Assembly (NCBI GenBank): GCA_002633005.1
Contig: NMRA01000066.1
Coordinates: 465,306 to 505,028 of the forward strand
DNA length: 39,723 nucleotides
Reading direction: 5' to 3'
Source: Phoronis australis
Taxonomy: Eukaryota > Animalia > Phoronida
The notes beneath the pieces were generated by a model, which saw only the letters and a list, made by a program, of their open reading frames with translations, searched no databases and was not told where the DNA came from. Positions 20,001 through 30,503 of the stretch are shown here, in pieces; within the stretch, counting starts at the first letter, position 1; each line of letters begins with the position of its first letter. Made by a program: the position numbers and the translations under genes.

Positions 20001-22675
20001 GCGAATGAGAGTACTCTTTGATTGCATTCGAGAAGCCTATTTTGAATGAGAAGCAAACAGGGTCACACTGCACGCTGCACTTGTATGCATGAGTTTCCTA
20101 TTACCCCCCATTTGTCATTCTTCACAGTATTTCACAGCTGCCGTGTCCCAGTGTGTATGTTACTAGCTTTTGCTCTGTTGTGATAGTACTGTGTCATTTT
20201 ATTTCCACTTGAGAATGAAACTAGTGCGTTTCGAAATACTGTGTGTCTTTTAATTATGTCTGTTGGTCATTTACTTTTAATACTAATGTTCTGTTGAATG
20301 TCGAACTTTGTTCCGAGGAAACGAACAGACTGGAATAAAGATAATCAACAATGAAAAGTGTCGTGTGTTTAACAATTTTTGCAAAACGATAACTTCATGT
20401 ATATACAGGTAGAGTAAAGAATATTAAACAATAAAAGGGTGTAGGAATAAGAATTTAAATAGGTCCATAACACAAAAGCTTTATGCCACATAACATGTGT
20501 AGAGTTGTGTGTCATTGCAGTTGTCAATCACAAGTTTGTATTTACAATATCATGAAAATGTTAAACGAGGAAAATTCTAACCTAATGTTATACCTCGTCT
20601 TGTCTCAGTGCACCAGACACGCGATGTTGACATTCCCACTCTATATGCAAGTGTCGTGTACTTAACAGGTTTTGCATAGCCATACACAAGATAAACAAAT
20701 GCAATATCTCACAAGTACCTTTAGTCTCACAAATAGAAGCACCTGACTGGCAACAAATACATTCTCTGACAGTAACTCAATTACAGTAGACACTGCGAAG
20801 GACAACACCCCAATATGGTAGTTGGATACCAAGTCAGGGTTGGGTGGTTCAAGGACGTATATCCAAACATAGCTGAGCAAAGACGCACAGACAACTCCAA
20901 TAGGCAGCCTGTAATTGAAGATTAAATTTTGGAAACGGCAAAAATAATCACGTTGTCCAGTGAAAATCAGCGATGTGAGGGAGACAGCATTCATGACCAA
21001 TCTAGCCCATGAAGCAATCAATGGACACTTACAGACTTCGTAACATAAGCATAAAATTACGAATGTAAAATGACTATGTTAAAAAATCTTGAAAAACGGA
21101 GAACTGTTTTGATCAGTGTTTCCAATAAATAACCTAAAAAATTGAATTACGCATCGATCAACTTTTTCTTCTCTATAAAATTATGCTCAAAGTTCGTTAC
21201 TTCCAAGCCAGCCTTCCGGAAGTCAATCACTGAACATTCAGTAAAAAGACAAGCACATTTTTGATAATTTCCGAAAAAATTTAGGGGCATTAATTTCTTA
21301 CTATTACAAGATGTTACTAATCTTACGTGCACCACAGTAGGTTAATAATCTGCGGCCAATTCCTCTTCTCCAGCTTACTTGTGCAGGCTCGGAAGAAAGC
21401 TTCGTGGACTATGAGCAGTACTGTACTGTAGAGCAGGGTCAGTCTGAAAGACATGAGCTTACTTACTAGTTACTTACAAGCTACTTACAAGTTACTTACA
21501 AGATATTTGCAAGATACTTACTGATTACTCATAATCTATTTACTAGTTATTTACAGGTTACTTGCATTTTACTTACTAATACCTTAAAAGCTACTTTACA
21601 AGTTACTTACTAAAAACCGGATGATTGCCGCACAAATAAAAAAGTTCATGTTCAATCATGAGCACGAACAAATGACACACACAGTGCAACATAAAGAACA
21701 CTGTTCTTCTAGGGACAAAACTGAACATACAATCTTCAGTCCAGATCCCGTATTATCCCCCATAGGGAACTCTTGACGTAAAGCTCTTTAGCATTGCGAT
21801 ATCACTTTAAGCAGCGTTCACTTGGCCACATTTCTGATTCCATTATGCAAGATACGCTAAATTGGCTGAAGGACAACATTTTTGGGGTATCATTTCATTA
21901 CCTCACCGCCCAACAGTGGCAATTTGATAGCGTGATGACCACATAAAATTCATTAAAAACTCTGAAAAATGTCACTCACACTGCATCAAAATGCAGGTAA
22001 ATCAAAGGTAATTATCTCTAATACTTTTAAACCATTTTAGTAGCCACATCCATGTAATGAAAATGCTTAGTGTAACTTACCTGACATTAACAACTCCTAA
22101 CATTTCCTTGGTAACATAACGCAAGGTGAATGCATTTAGTATAAAGGTAAGTACTCGAAATGCCAACTGCAAAGATAAAATTAAATTGTTGAATTCAAAG
22201 CCTTTAAAAATAAAATGTTGAAATCAATTCTAAACAAACTGATTAACCAACACGAGAATCAAACTCAAGGAAACTTACGTTCTAAGCTCAGCAACTGAGC
22301 TTTTACAGCTGGCTATGAAATGAATTTTATAAAACTATTAAAATGACATAACAGCGAGTTCAGTCTTTGCCCGGGTATTTGCTCGAGGTAATAAAGTTCA
22401 CGACTTTATCGAGAAACGAGATCAGTGTTCACACACACGCACATTATCTCTTACAAGGATGGACTAATTGCACGGAATGTGTTCGCCGGCAAAGCACAAA
22501 CCAAGGCAGTATTTCATTCGAGTTGAAAGTACATCTTGTTCTTCTTCATCGACTTCGATTCGACTTTGATCGGAGCCAGAATGAGAAAATCAACTATTTT
22601 TAAAACAGTCACCTGTAATATCATGTTATATGACGCTGAAGTTGCTGCACTGGCTAGTACGTTTGTGTCGCCCAT
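1881..22675 (-). CDS. RFT1: RFT1 (Man5GlcNAc2-PP-dolichol translocation protein), spliced gene, 13 coding exons in window, 3'-partial
   Basis: Exons of 63/86/117/190/102/135/79/51/131/145/106/129/121 nt join in one open frame. Motifs include [64 protein letters not shown] and [13 protein letters not shown]. Confidence 0.97.
2228..2281. repeat. Palindromic dispersed repeat core, copy 1 (others at 18617-18670 and 29845-29898)
   Basis: TTTTGAGAACCAGTTT...AAACTGGTTCTCAAAA perfect 16-bp arms; the other two copies are diverged and in the opposite orientation. Confidence 0.8.
2753..2881 (-). CDS. RFT1: RFT1 exon 12 ([12 protein letters not shown]...[16 protein letters not shown])
   Basis: Acceptor CCTTTCAG; donor AG|GTAACA; 129 nt, phase 2-2. 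Confidence 0.94.
3153..3523. mobile_element. MITE with ~50-bp TIRs and 7-bp TSD
   Basis: GGGGTTCACTCATATCGACAAGATGCCCGCAGGCGTGTACCAAAA is inverted at 3471-3523; TTTTAAT flanks both sides (3146-3152, 3524-3530). Confidence 0.85.
5525..5630 (-). CDS. RFT1: RFT1 exon 11 ([35 protein letters not shown])
   Basis: Acceptor TTTCTTACAG; donor AG|GTTGGT; 106 nt. Confidence 0.95.
6476..7968 (+). mobile_element. Non-autonomous Helentron-type (HINE/DINE-1-like) element with internal ~450-bp tandem repeat
   Basis: AACAAG start; subterminal IR ATGCGCCCACA (6501) / TGTGGGCGCAT (7953-7963); repeat units at 6873, 7321 and 7773; GGAT/GGAC microsatellite near 7900; terminal hairpin followed by AAAAA. Confidence 0.8.
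9697..10265 (+). mobile_element. Degraded second copy of the HINE-like element, 3'-truncated
   Basis: AACAAGAACAACGCGGAGCATTAAAATGCGCCCAC matches 6476-6510; shares CCAAATTTCATGAAAATCC. Confidence 0.75.
10267..10620 (+). mobile_element. Partial TTAA|GGTTATC MITE, related to 30504-31152
   Basis: TTAAGGTTATCT end, TATATTTTCTGAAAG motif, and 10420-10510 matches the reverse complement of 30925-31015. Confidence 0.65.
11421..11565 (-). CDS. RFT1: RFT1 exon 10 ([15 protein letters not shown]...[13 protein letters not shown])
   Basis: Acceptor TTGCAG; donor CAG|GTAATC; 145 nt. Confidence 0.96.
11707..11800. repeat. ~38-bp tandem repeat, ~2.5 copies
   Basis: GATCTGCCTTCTTATCGTCTGC recurs with ~38-bp period. 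Confidence 0.8.
13400..13530 (-). CDS. RFT1: RFT1 exon 9 ([43 protein letters not shown])
   Basis: Acceptor TTTTCAG; donor AAG|GTCAGT; 131 nt. Confidence 0.96.
13597..13790 (+). repeat. Dispersed repeat; inverted copy at ~37495-37675
   Basis: GAATTCGCAATTTTAGGGTTGGCCAA vs TTGGACAACCCTGAAATTGCGAATTC, plus CTGTTTAGC / GCTAAACAG in collinear order. Confidence 0.7.
14050..15729. mobile_element. Kolobok-like DNA transposon deletion derivative (1680 bp)
   Basis: TTAA TSDs at 14046-14049 and 15730-15733; 15-bp TIR AGGAGCATGCCACCC / GGGTGGCATTCTCCT with 1 mismatch; AG...CT ends; CpG-rich; THAP remnant inside. Confidence 0.85.
15365..15565 (-). pseudogene. Degenerate THAP domain (transposase N-terminus)
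   Basis: MPLCCGA*VPACPN*...GILFF, then a frameshift into [18 protein letters not shown]...HLRVCGLQ. Retains the C..C..P..W..VC pattern with stops. Confidence 0.7.
15878..15928 (-). CDS. RFT1: RFT1 exon 8 ([17 protein letters not shown])
   Basis: Acceptor TTTCTAG; donor AAG|GTAAAT; 51 nt. Confidence 0.95.
16651..16712. repeat. 62-nt structured dispersed motif (other copies at 36332-36393 on + and 12853-12917 on -)
   Basis: GCAGGYGG-stem-GYGCRCA-GGCC-N9-GGYC-CATTGCA in three places. Confidence 0.8.
16770..16874 (-). mobile_element. tRNA-derived SINE head
   Basis: A-box TGGCCTAGTGTG and B-box GGTTCGAGTC, followed by ACCCTTGAG; no complete cloverleaf. Confidence 0.7.
16976..17054 (-). CDS. RFT1: RFT1 exon 7 ([27 protein letters not shown])
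   Basis: Acceptor TTCCTTTTCCAG; donor G|GTCTGT; 79 nt. Confidence 0.95.
17509..17643 (-). CDS. RFT1: RFT1 exon 6 ([15 protein letters not shown]...FFPRKLDGQ), GC donor
   Basis: Acceptor TTTCAG; 135 nt; the nearby phase-0 donor is CAG|GCAAGT. Confidence 0.88.
18275..18440. repeat. Long inverted repeat: 68-bp perfect arms, 10-nt loop
   Basis: 18285-18352 is the exact reverse complement of 18363-18430; extends to 78 bp with one mismatch. Confidence 0.97.
18962..19063 (-). CDS. RFT1: RFT1 exon 5 ([34 protein letters not shown])
   Basis: Acceptor TTTTGCAG; donor CAG|GTAATT; 102 nt. Confidence 0.95.
19788..20388. mobile_element. Old foldback/MITE with ~145-bp imperfect inverted arms
   Basis: AAGTTCGACATTCAACAGAACA and ATTAAAAGACACAC (19788-19931) are inverted at 20241-20388. 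Confidence 0.8.
20719..20908 (-). CDS. RFT1: RFT1 exon 4 ([11 protein letters not shown]...[10 protein letters not shown])
   Basis: Acceptor TTACAG; donor AAG|GTACTT; 190 nt; inside ORF 20662..21021. Confidence 0.95.
21327..21443 (-). CDS. RFT1: RFT1 exon 3 ([39 protein letters not shown])
   Basis: Acceptor TTTCAG; donor AC|GTAAGA; 117 nt. Confidence 0.95.
21457..21612. repeat. 11-bp minisatellite (TTACTTACAAG)n, ~14 degenerate copies
   Basis: Direct reading; abuts the RFT1 exon 3 acceptor. Confidence 0.9.
22081..22166 (-). CDS. RFT1: RFT1 exon 2 ([29 protein letters not shown])
   Basis: Acceptor TTTGCAG; donor AG|GTAAGT; 86 nt. Confidence 0.95.
22613..22675 (-). CDS. RFT1: RFT1 coding exon 1 ([21 protein letters not shown])
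   Basis: ATG at 22675-22673; 63 nt; donor CAG|GTGACT. Confidence 0.92.
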
Positions 22676-23150
22676 TCCAAAAGCTTTTGCGTGAAGTTCT
22701 TTGCGAGAACTATTCAGTAAATTATGAACTCATCGTATAGAAACGAATCACAATATGGGCGCCGCCATTTTATACACAGGCGCTTCTAGTGGATAAATTA
22801 AGTAAGCTTAAAATATTTCTGAGTCCCTTGTACAGAAAACTAATCCGTTGCTAGACTTGTTTCAAATTCTTATAAATACATTCACGGTATATTTTCAACT
22901 CCAAAGACGCCCCAAGAAATGCGGACACTGAAGAGAAATGTTATTATATTTGGGCTTATAGTTCGCCATATCGCCACAAGGATGTGCTGTTGTTTGTATA
23001 CGTGGTGGTCTCCCCTGTTATATCCATGTGTTGGCTCTTCCGGGATTTCCTGTTGGCAAGTGACATCCGATTTTCTATCAGTATTTGTGATTTTCTTCAG
23101 AATGGTGTGCTTTGAAATTGTTTTGAACTGAACAGCGTTAGGAAGGTCGT
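22676..23150. promoter_or_regulatory. Putative bidirectional promoter region with YY1 motif
   Basis: Lies between divergent genes and is CpG-richer than its flanks; GCCGCCATTTT (YY1 consensus) at 22761-22771. Confidence 0.55.
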
Positions 23151-24236
23151 TATCATTAAGAACATTAGCGGAAAAGAATCCTTGTGAAAGCTCAGTGCCT
23201 TATTGTTACTGGCGTATTTAAGTTCAATATTCCATTCACGGTTGAGAGTCCAAGTTATTGTTTGTTAGCTATGAATTGTAATTGTGTGTTTATTTTTTAT
23301 TTATAAAATGTTGACCACTTGTCTTGTTCATGGTTACATTGGATACCGTGCTGACACTTTTTTAATGCTGCACATCAATCAGACCAATCCTGTTTTAAAA
23401 ACATCCTTGTTTATTTTTTAACTCAGCAGCTTCATGCCCTGGCTTTTCAAAACTGAAACCAGATGCTATCAACTGCATTATTTATAGGAATGTTAAAATG
23501 ATCCAGGGCAAATTACACCACATGCTTTTTATTTATACACCTCTAAAGCATTCACAAACTCTCGTTCCATCCAAGAACTGAACTTTTGATTTAAACCACT
23601 TTACTACAATTGTTCTCAACTCGTTTCTTAGATGATTTCTAGGTTTCCAAAGAACTGAGAGTTCGTTTTTCCTCGAGACCATTCTCAAGACAGAAAAATG
23701 ACACTCCGTTGTGACAAGTCAAATCATTGAGCTTCCAGGTGTCCATCAATAGTGATAAGTCAGCTCTACTGAAGCCCTGAACTCACCTCCAATTTGACCG
23801 AGCAACAATTTGTGACCAATTTAACAATGGAAACTGGTCTAAATCAGTTCTTTTTCTGTGATAGAAGGTAGTTCTATAAACATTTTGAGTTTCAGCTTGC
23901 TTAATGTTAAGTTGAGCAACTTGTACATGGTTATGTCCGTCGAAGTCTTCATATCAATTTCCTTGCTTTAAATTTTCTTTTTCTGCAGCATTGAATATTA
24001 TTTGAGTGTCACGTTAACGCCATTTGGAATTCTTCTTGTAGAAAGTAAGAAAAACATTTGATTATTACTAATGCTATATTTTTTCACATGAACGTCTTTT
24101 AAACAAATCTTTTGTAATATGTTGATTGAAACAAAATGATTCTGTATGTGTAAATGACACAATTAGTTATTTGATTATACAAATACAAATTATTCCAATT
24201 TCAGAAAACCAAATTGGTTCACATTTTAAGATAATC

Positions 24237-24672
24237 ATGGCGGATGAAATGCGCGAGCGAATAGAACGTTTCTACTATGAACAGCTGTCAGAACTGCACA
24301 ACAACATCGATGATCGAGAATTTCAGGAAAGTCTCAACAGAAAGGCCAAGAAAGAATATGGCGCAACATCACCGACTACCGACTTCATACATTCGGTACG
24401 TCAAAAAATGGAAAATCTTGTGCAAGGTGCAAACCTCAGACGTCGTGGGATGGCCAGCGAGACGCGTACAAAAGTCTCCGTAAATGAAGTCATTACAAAC
24501 ACAAAAGTCCGATCACGCCGGATGATTCACATGGAGTTGAAACACATGCCTGAAGAAACTTTAACCAACCAGAAGCATAAGTTCCTGTTGTATAAGGTTC
24601 AGCGACCGACGTGGTGTGATCAGTGCGGTGATTTCATCTGGGGTCTACGGAAACAGTGTTTGAGATGTTGGC
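24237..24672 (+). CDS. Coding exon of a C1 (DAG/phorbol-ester type) domain protein, RASSF1/RASSF5-like; remaining exons not found in window
   Basis: Acceptor TTTCAG ending 24204; ATC ATG G start context. HKF...PTWCDQCGDFIWGLRKQCLRC resembles the RASSF1A C1 domain (HRF...WCDLCGDFIWG). Phase-1 donor TGG C|GTGAGT splits the C1 domain, as in RASSF1A exon 1-alpha. No RA or SARAH domain seen in the window. Confidence 0.8.
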
Positions 24673-27600
24673 GTGAGTACTACTTAATTCTTATGCACAC
24701 ACTAGATCAAATCTGTTGGAAATTTATCCCATTGGTGCAGAGCTGCAAGGTTCCTTCCTCTGGAAATTAGTGACCCGATTCCCATGAGAATTATGCTGTC
24801 CTTTGCGATTGACCCTAACCAACAAAGTTCTTACATTTACAGTGATGTTTGGTAACTGATAACTTGTTGACATGTCATAAATATGATAATTTGTGGGCGG
24901 AGATTTGAAGAGCATCTCTTTTCTTGTAAGCGTTTCTTCAGTGAGGTGAGGAGGAGAAGGGTTTTAGCTAACAAAGCATTCTCAGTGAACTGGTTGCCTG
25001 GTTGAATCAAAACGTTAAAGTCTTGGTTGATTTTTGTTATCACATCACATTTCTCTGCCGTGTGTAAAGGTGAGGAAGAAGCACTCTGGCTCATCTACCT
25101 TATTTCTGACTCAACATAAACTATTGATTCACAACTGTATATACACCTGTTAACAGTAAAACTTAATTTGCTCAGAATCTATGTTAAGAACTTGAGTTGT
25201 ACGTAAATCAATCTTCTTTTTGGTCTTTGTCACAAACTTGACTGTTCAAACAAATGTCAATTGCAGGATTTCAGATACTTAATAATCAGGTGAGAGTAAA
25301 TTTGAAGCTGTGATAATTTCGTGTTTCTGTTGCCAAGTGATGCTTCAAACACATGCCTTAGTTATTTTATAAGCTCAAGCACGTCTGCTTAAGTTTATCA
25401 AGTTGGGTCATTATATGTGCAAAAAACTTAAGCTTCAATCACAAGTACCTATTTCATAAACTCCAGTTGTTTCGAAGTTAACCTAATACCAAACCCTCTT
25501 AAGTGTAGTGAAATATTTGGTATTAGGCAAATTCGATACTGAAAGCATTTGTTTTCACTCTATACAACTTGTCCTTAGCGATCAATATCAGCTTACACAG
25601 ACAGCTCTTCGGTAATGGTATATTTAACCTTCAGGGATACTGTCTTCTTTTTTATTTATGCAGGGTAAAAAGGTACTTTCATTAAAAGTCATGTAAGTCA
25701 GACATGCGTAATTTGGATTTTCATTTTTAAGTCAACAACAAAATTTAGCGATGGTGTTTTTCCAATTCGTGCAGTCGGCCCTTCAGATTTATAAACCGGA
25801 CTTGGCCATAGTGGGGTGAAATTTCGTGGTTCTTTTGGTTCTGGCTCATGCAAGTTGAACTGTATTTCTACAGCAATAAAATCTCACCAATTTCAGACAA
25901 AAATAATTACCAAATTATCATTTTATTATTTTTCAATGCCCACAATTTTTCCAACATATTTCCTAAATGGCAGCTAATGATGCACAAGTACATGACTTGA
26001 ACGTGCTAAAAGCATTGATTTGATGCTACCGGTACATGTCTTTTATAGAAAATGAGAAAATGAAATTTCACTTGTCTGCCACACTGTGTCCTAAATTGGT
26101 GAAATTTCACCATACTGTTTTTAATTACCAATCTGATGTGTACTCTACATTTGCCCTATTGCTACACATCCATCAAGTTATAAAGTTCTTCATCTGTGCT
26201 GTGATTGTTATTAACTAGACTTGCCCTGGTTAACGCCTTAGGCACCTACATTGTGAAATTAAGAAGTCGGGGAGGGATGGATGATAAACTGAGCACGGGT
26301 GTCAGAAAACAACAATTTCAAGAAGTCGGTGATCGACATATACCTGAATGGTTGATATGCTCACGCAAATGTCCTAACCACTTTTGCACACAGCTGCGAT
26401 GATATTAGAATATGCACAAGTCAAGAGAACTAGTTCATGCCACCTTAAGTAAAAAGCGGGTATTTCCATGCCCAAATACATCAAGTTGCCGCTGAAACTG
26501 ACTGTTTATTGCCCGATAATAAGCGAGTTGCGTGTATTTTTGGGAGCTAATTGCGTAAGAAACCTGTTCACAAAGAAACTGGCACTTTTAAATGGCCTCG
26601 ATCGTATAAGTTGGGTATGAGCGCTAAGATGAGCAAGGATGTTTAAAAATGGAAGTTTGTAAATTTCAGGGATGGGAATTAAGGCGAATGTGGTAATTAA
26701 ACCAGACAAGTGCGATACAGTATGTGAATTAGTCTGACACCCTTTGAAAGGTGGCACTGTCTAGAAATTAGGATGGATAAGAGGATTTCCAGCTAACAGA
26801 CCCCCAGATATAGGCTCATTTTCTGAATATATGGGGTACTAGAAAGGTAAACATATTCCATTTACTAAAGATAAGCTTTTGGGCTTACTTTTGGAAAATC
26901 CCAGCACTAGCCGTTTAGAGAGTGGAAGGGTGAAGTGATGATTAATAGGGACCCGTTTGCACGGAAGTAAGTACAAAAAGTCACCCTTATTTCTTTCTCT
27001 AATTTTTGTTACAAAACTTTTATTTATCATCATGAAATTGAAAGCAAGTCTTTGGATTGCTGTGTTTTGAAACTCTCCTGCAGTGTTCTGTTGTACATCG
27101 AACCCATTTGCAGAGTTCCTAACTTTTAAAGTGACTAAACCCATGATGAGTCAAAGAAGCGTATCTTTGATTTAGTTGCAACTATAAATCTGGTCTGGAC
27201 TTGCTCCTTTCTCAGGTGAAGGGATTTCTAGGCTTGCAAAGAAGTGTCTGTTTATTATTGACCTTGTGGCCATGCAATCAGTGCATGAAATTCTTGGCTG
27301 CGACTGTCCATTCTTTGGAAGTCTTAAAATCACTCCATTTAGAAGAAACCTTCATAACTCATAATGGCCCAAAGCAAAAGTTACTTTTTGCGTTCAGTGA
27401 GTTTATAGCCTCTCAAAAGTGAGGAGGTTTCGCAAAAGGCACCTTTTTTCTTGGTTGTGGAAAACCCAATCATGTCAGCGGCACATTTTGAATACTTCCT
27501 ATGCAAGTTCCTACAGGCATGCATGCAAAGTTCTGCCTATGACTCATACTTTTTATGTGCCTCTGTTGACTTCAATGCAAGACTGTAGTTATTGAGTGCA

Positions 27601-29453
27601 GAGAACCAGTGGTGCTTTGTTTTGGAGCTCAGCACTGTTGTGTAACATCAATGGCTGTTCAGTTGTACTGTTCAAAGAGCTCCTTTGCTTTCTGGAAAAG
27701 TTTCCTGGGGAAATCACCAAAGAGTGAACCTAAAATTTTTTGAATTATTGTGGTTAGGCATAGTGTACATAAATGCCTTCTATGGTAATGTTAGGTATAT
27801 TGCTGCTTTGATTTGCATTGAAGAGAAGTTATTACCTATTTTTACGCCCATTGGTTTCAGTTCAAAGAGAGATTATGTCAAGTAAACAAACAGTCATTCA
27901 CCTGGATGTTATGCACTGTGGGGACAAATGAAAATGTTATGTCAGGAGCTAATTTCAACAATCTAAGAACTGTCAAGTCAGCTTGAATTTCATGGGTCCC
28001 AAATTTACAGACAGTCCCAAACTGGAGAATTTTTTCCAGCAAAATAACTGGTAGGATTCACATTCAACTTTCAATGTCTCGTGTGAATTGATGTGTTTGT
28101 AGATGTACTAGTATGCTTCATACTTCAAAATCTTCATTCGCAATGACACAATGTTCAGCAAGGATTTGTGCTAATTTCTCCAGTTTAGTTCTGTCCCGAG
28201 GAGAGGAACACACACAGGGGATGCCGTTAAGCCTTGAAAATGACTTCTGTATTTAAACGTTCTAACAGGGATATTCCTGACCAGGTTTGAACCTGTGCCC
28301 TTTGGGCATACCTGATGGTAAAATGTGTGCCTTTTTCAAAATGTTGTGCCCAGCAGACTGCAATTTTAATTACAAAGTGGTAACATATGAAACAGAAACC
28401 CCAAGGGCAATCGAAATAGGAACAGTCAGGTTCATGTAAAGTTGCCTTTTTATTTATGGTAATTGACGGTCAAATATTGGAAAACCTAAATGACGTGTTA
28501 ATTTCGTCTCATTTTATTGAAATCTACGACCTATTATAATACCCCAGCGGCTGTAAGTTACCTAGAATCTTGCATTTTTGGAAGAGTGTTACATTATAAA
28601 TGATGTGCCCGGGGAAGAGGGGGTCACTGCTGTAATGTATTTGCGTCTTTTTATGTGCTGATGGAGCAAAGGCGCGGTCTAGCAACAGAGAGTGATTTAT
28701 TGAAATATATACGTATGGCCATAGGCCCAAAGTATAACATGTATGAGACAGAACATTGTCAGATGCATTACAAACTGGATAATAAATTGTGACACTTGAA
28801 AGCATGATGGACGAATTTTAGAAGTAGGATATCCGAGTCCTCATGAGAGACTCAAATTTAGATGTGGTGGGAGAATGACAAAAACGATCACTTATTAAGT
28901 ACACTAAAGTTGCAACCGATATTTATGTGTGTCCTCTCAAAACACAAAATGAAATGTTACAGTTTGGGTCAGTATTGTACGTCCTATACGAAAAGGTGTT
29001 AAATAGTGATGATACTGAAACCTTAAAAACGAGACAAATCTTGATATCGTCCTCGAAACAAGGAATGGTCTAATCCTAACTTCAGTTTTTCTCATGTCAC
29101 ACACGATTACCAACACTGTAACTGGATGCAGTGACGGAAATTTTTTCTTTAAGTGGTATATAGTATTTGCTCATATACTTTCCAACTGATGTTAAATTCA
29201 AATACTAGAGTAAATTTTTGTCAAATTTGAACAAAACAATGGCCAAAGTAGCCAGTTTACCATCTCTTAGACACTCACCACATTGTTTAAGATGTCTAAA
29301 TTTTTATCATCTATGTTTCTTTGTTGATGGCAGCTCTGCAATATGAACTGTGCAAATAATGAAATTAAAGTTTCTTCCTGCTTTATTTTTGAAATGATTC
29401 ATGTACTGCTCTAAATTGAATAAATTGTAATGTAGATATGACAATTATGCCCT

Positions 29454-29543
29454 CATATTTCTATCCTGCACCCATATTTCTATCCTGCACCCATATTTAT
29501 ATTCCTACACCAATATTTATGTCCTGCACCCGTATTTGTGTCC
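29454..29543. repeat. 19-bp tandem repeat (CATATTTCTATCCTGCACC), ~4.5 copies
   Basis: Direct reading; copies degrade rightward. Confidence 0.9.
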
Positions 29544-30503
29544 GGCGGCTGAAAAAATGCATGGTTTTTATTCCATGTTTGAGCAGATGTAACTAATTTC
29601 AGAAAAAAGTAAAAAGAAATCGCTAAAATTCCCCTTCTTTCATTTTTCATTGGCTACTAACAGACTGTCATGAATGTCTACTGTTTTTCAAAATTTAACG
29701 TGATATGTCGCAAAAGTTAAACATTGAAATGCATTTTATTCGGTCTGCACATGTTGCATGGAAAAAGTATATCCTTATTTGAGGACGCTTTACCTCACCA
29801 TTATTGTACTTAAACCGGCAATTAACACTCACAGGGTCCTCAAATTTTGGGAACAAGTTTGATTCTTGTTATGTAGTGGAGGAAACTGGTTTTCAAAAGC
29901 CCGCATCTCTTGTAAGTGACCCAAAATCATTAAAAAAGTTACCATTTCTGGAGCACATCCTCAGAACCCATTTTGCACCCTGTGCCCCAAATCACAGCTT
30001 AATCAAACACATGGTCTCAGTTATGCTGTGGACAGCCATTTAATTACTTAGTTGTTTGGTCTGGCCTCATCATTAGAAAAACTACTGTGCCTGACTGACT
30101 TTAGTCAACTGTGACTCACCACAAGCCATGTGATGGGACTCCGGTAAAGAAAACAGCACTTCCTGGTGTTGGCTGATATCAGAACTCACACACTTCCTCC
30201 AAGGTGAAGTTACTTTCTGAGACAAGAATGAAAATTTCTGATATTGGGCATTTTGTGCATTAATCATATTATGTTATTTGTTGCAGCACTAAAACCATTA
30301 AGCTCCTGAGAGTGTCTCGGAATATATTGCAAAGCAACCTTATAGTTTACTATATTTAATTACATACCCAGAGTTAAATATGAGCGCAATTTTGTAACAG
30401 CTTCAGTGCAGATTTATTATAAGTGCAGGCTTCACAGGGCGTGTCCCTCAGCAAAAATTAAAACATGGTCCAATTGGATTCGTGTGAAATTTTCAGATGC
30501 TAT

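Noticed and set aside
24126-24770. 214-aa ORF as a complete protein, or as a PKC-delta exon (PRKCD neighbours RFT1 in human)
   Set aside because: The ORF runs through splice sites at 24204 and 24672, and WCDxCGDFIWG fits RASSF1/5 better than PKC C1 (FCxxC.....WGL); no kinase exons were seen.
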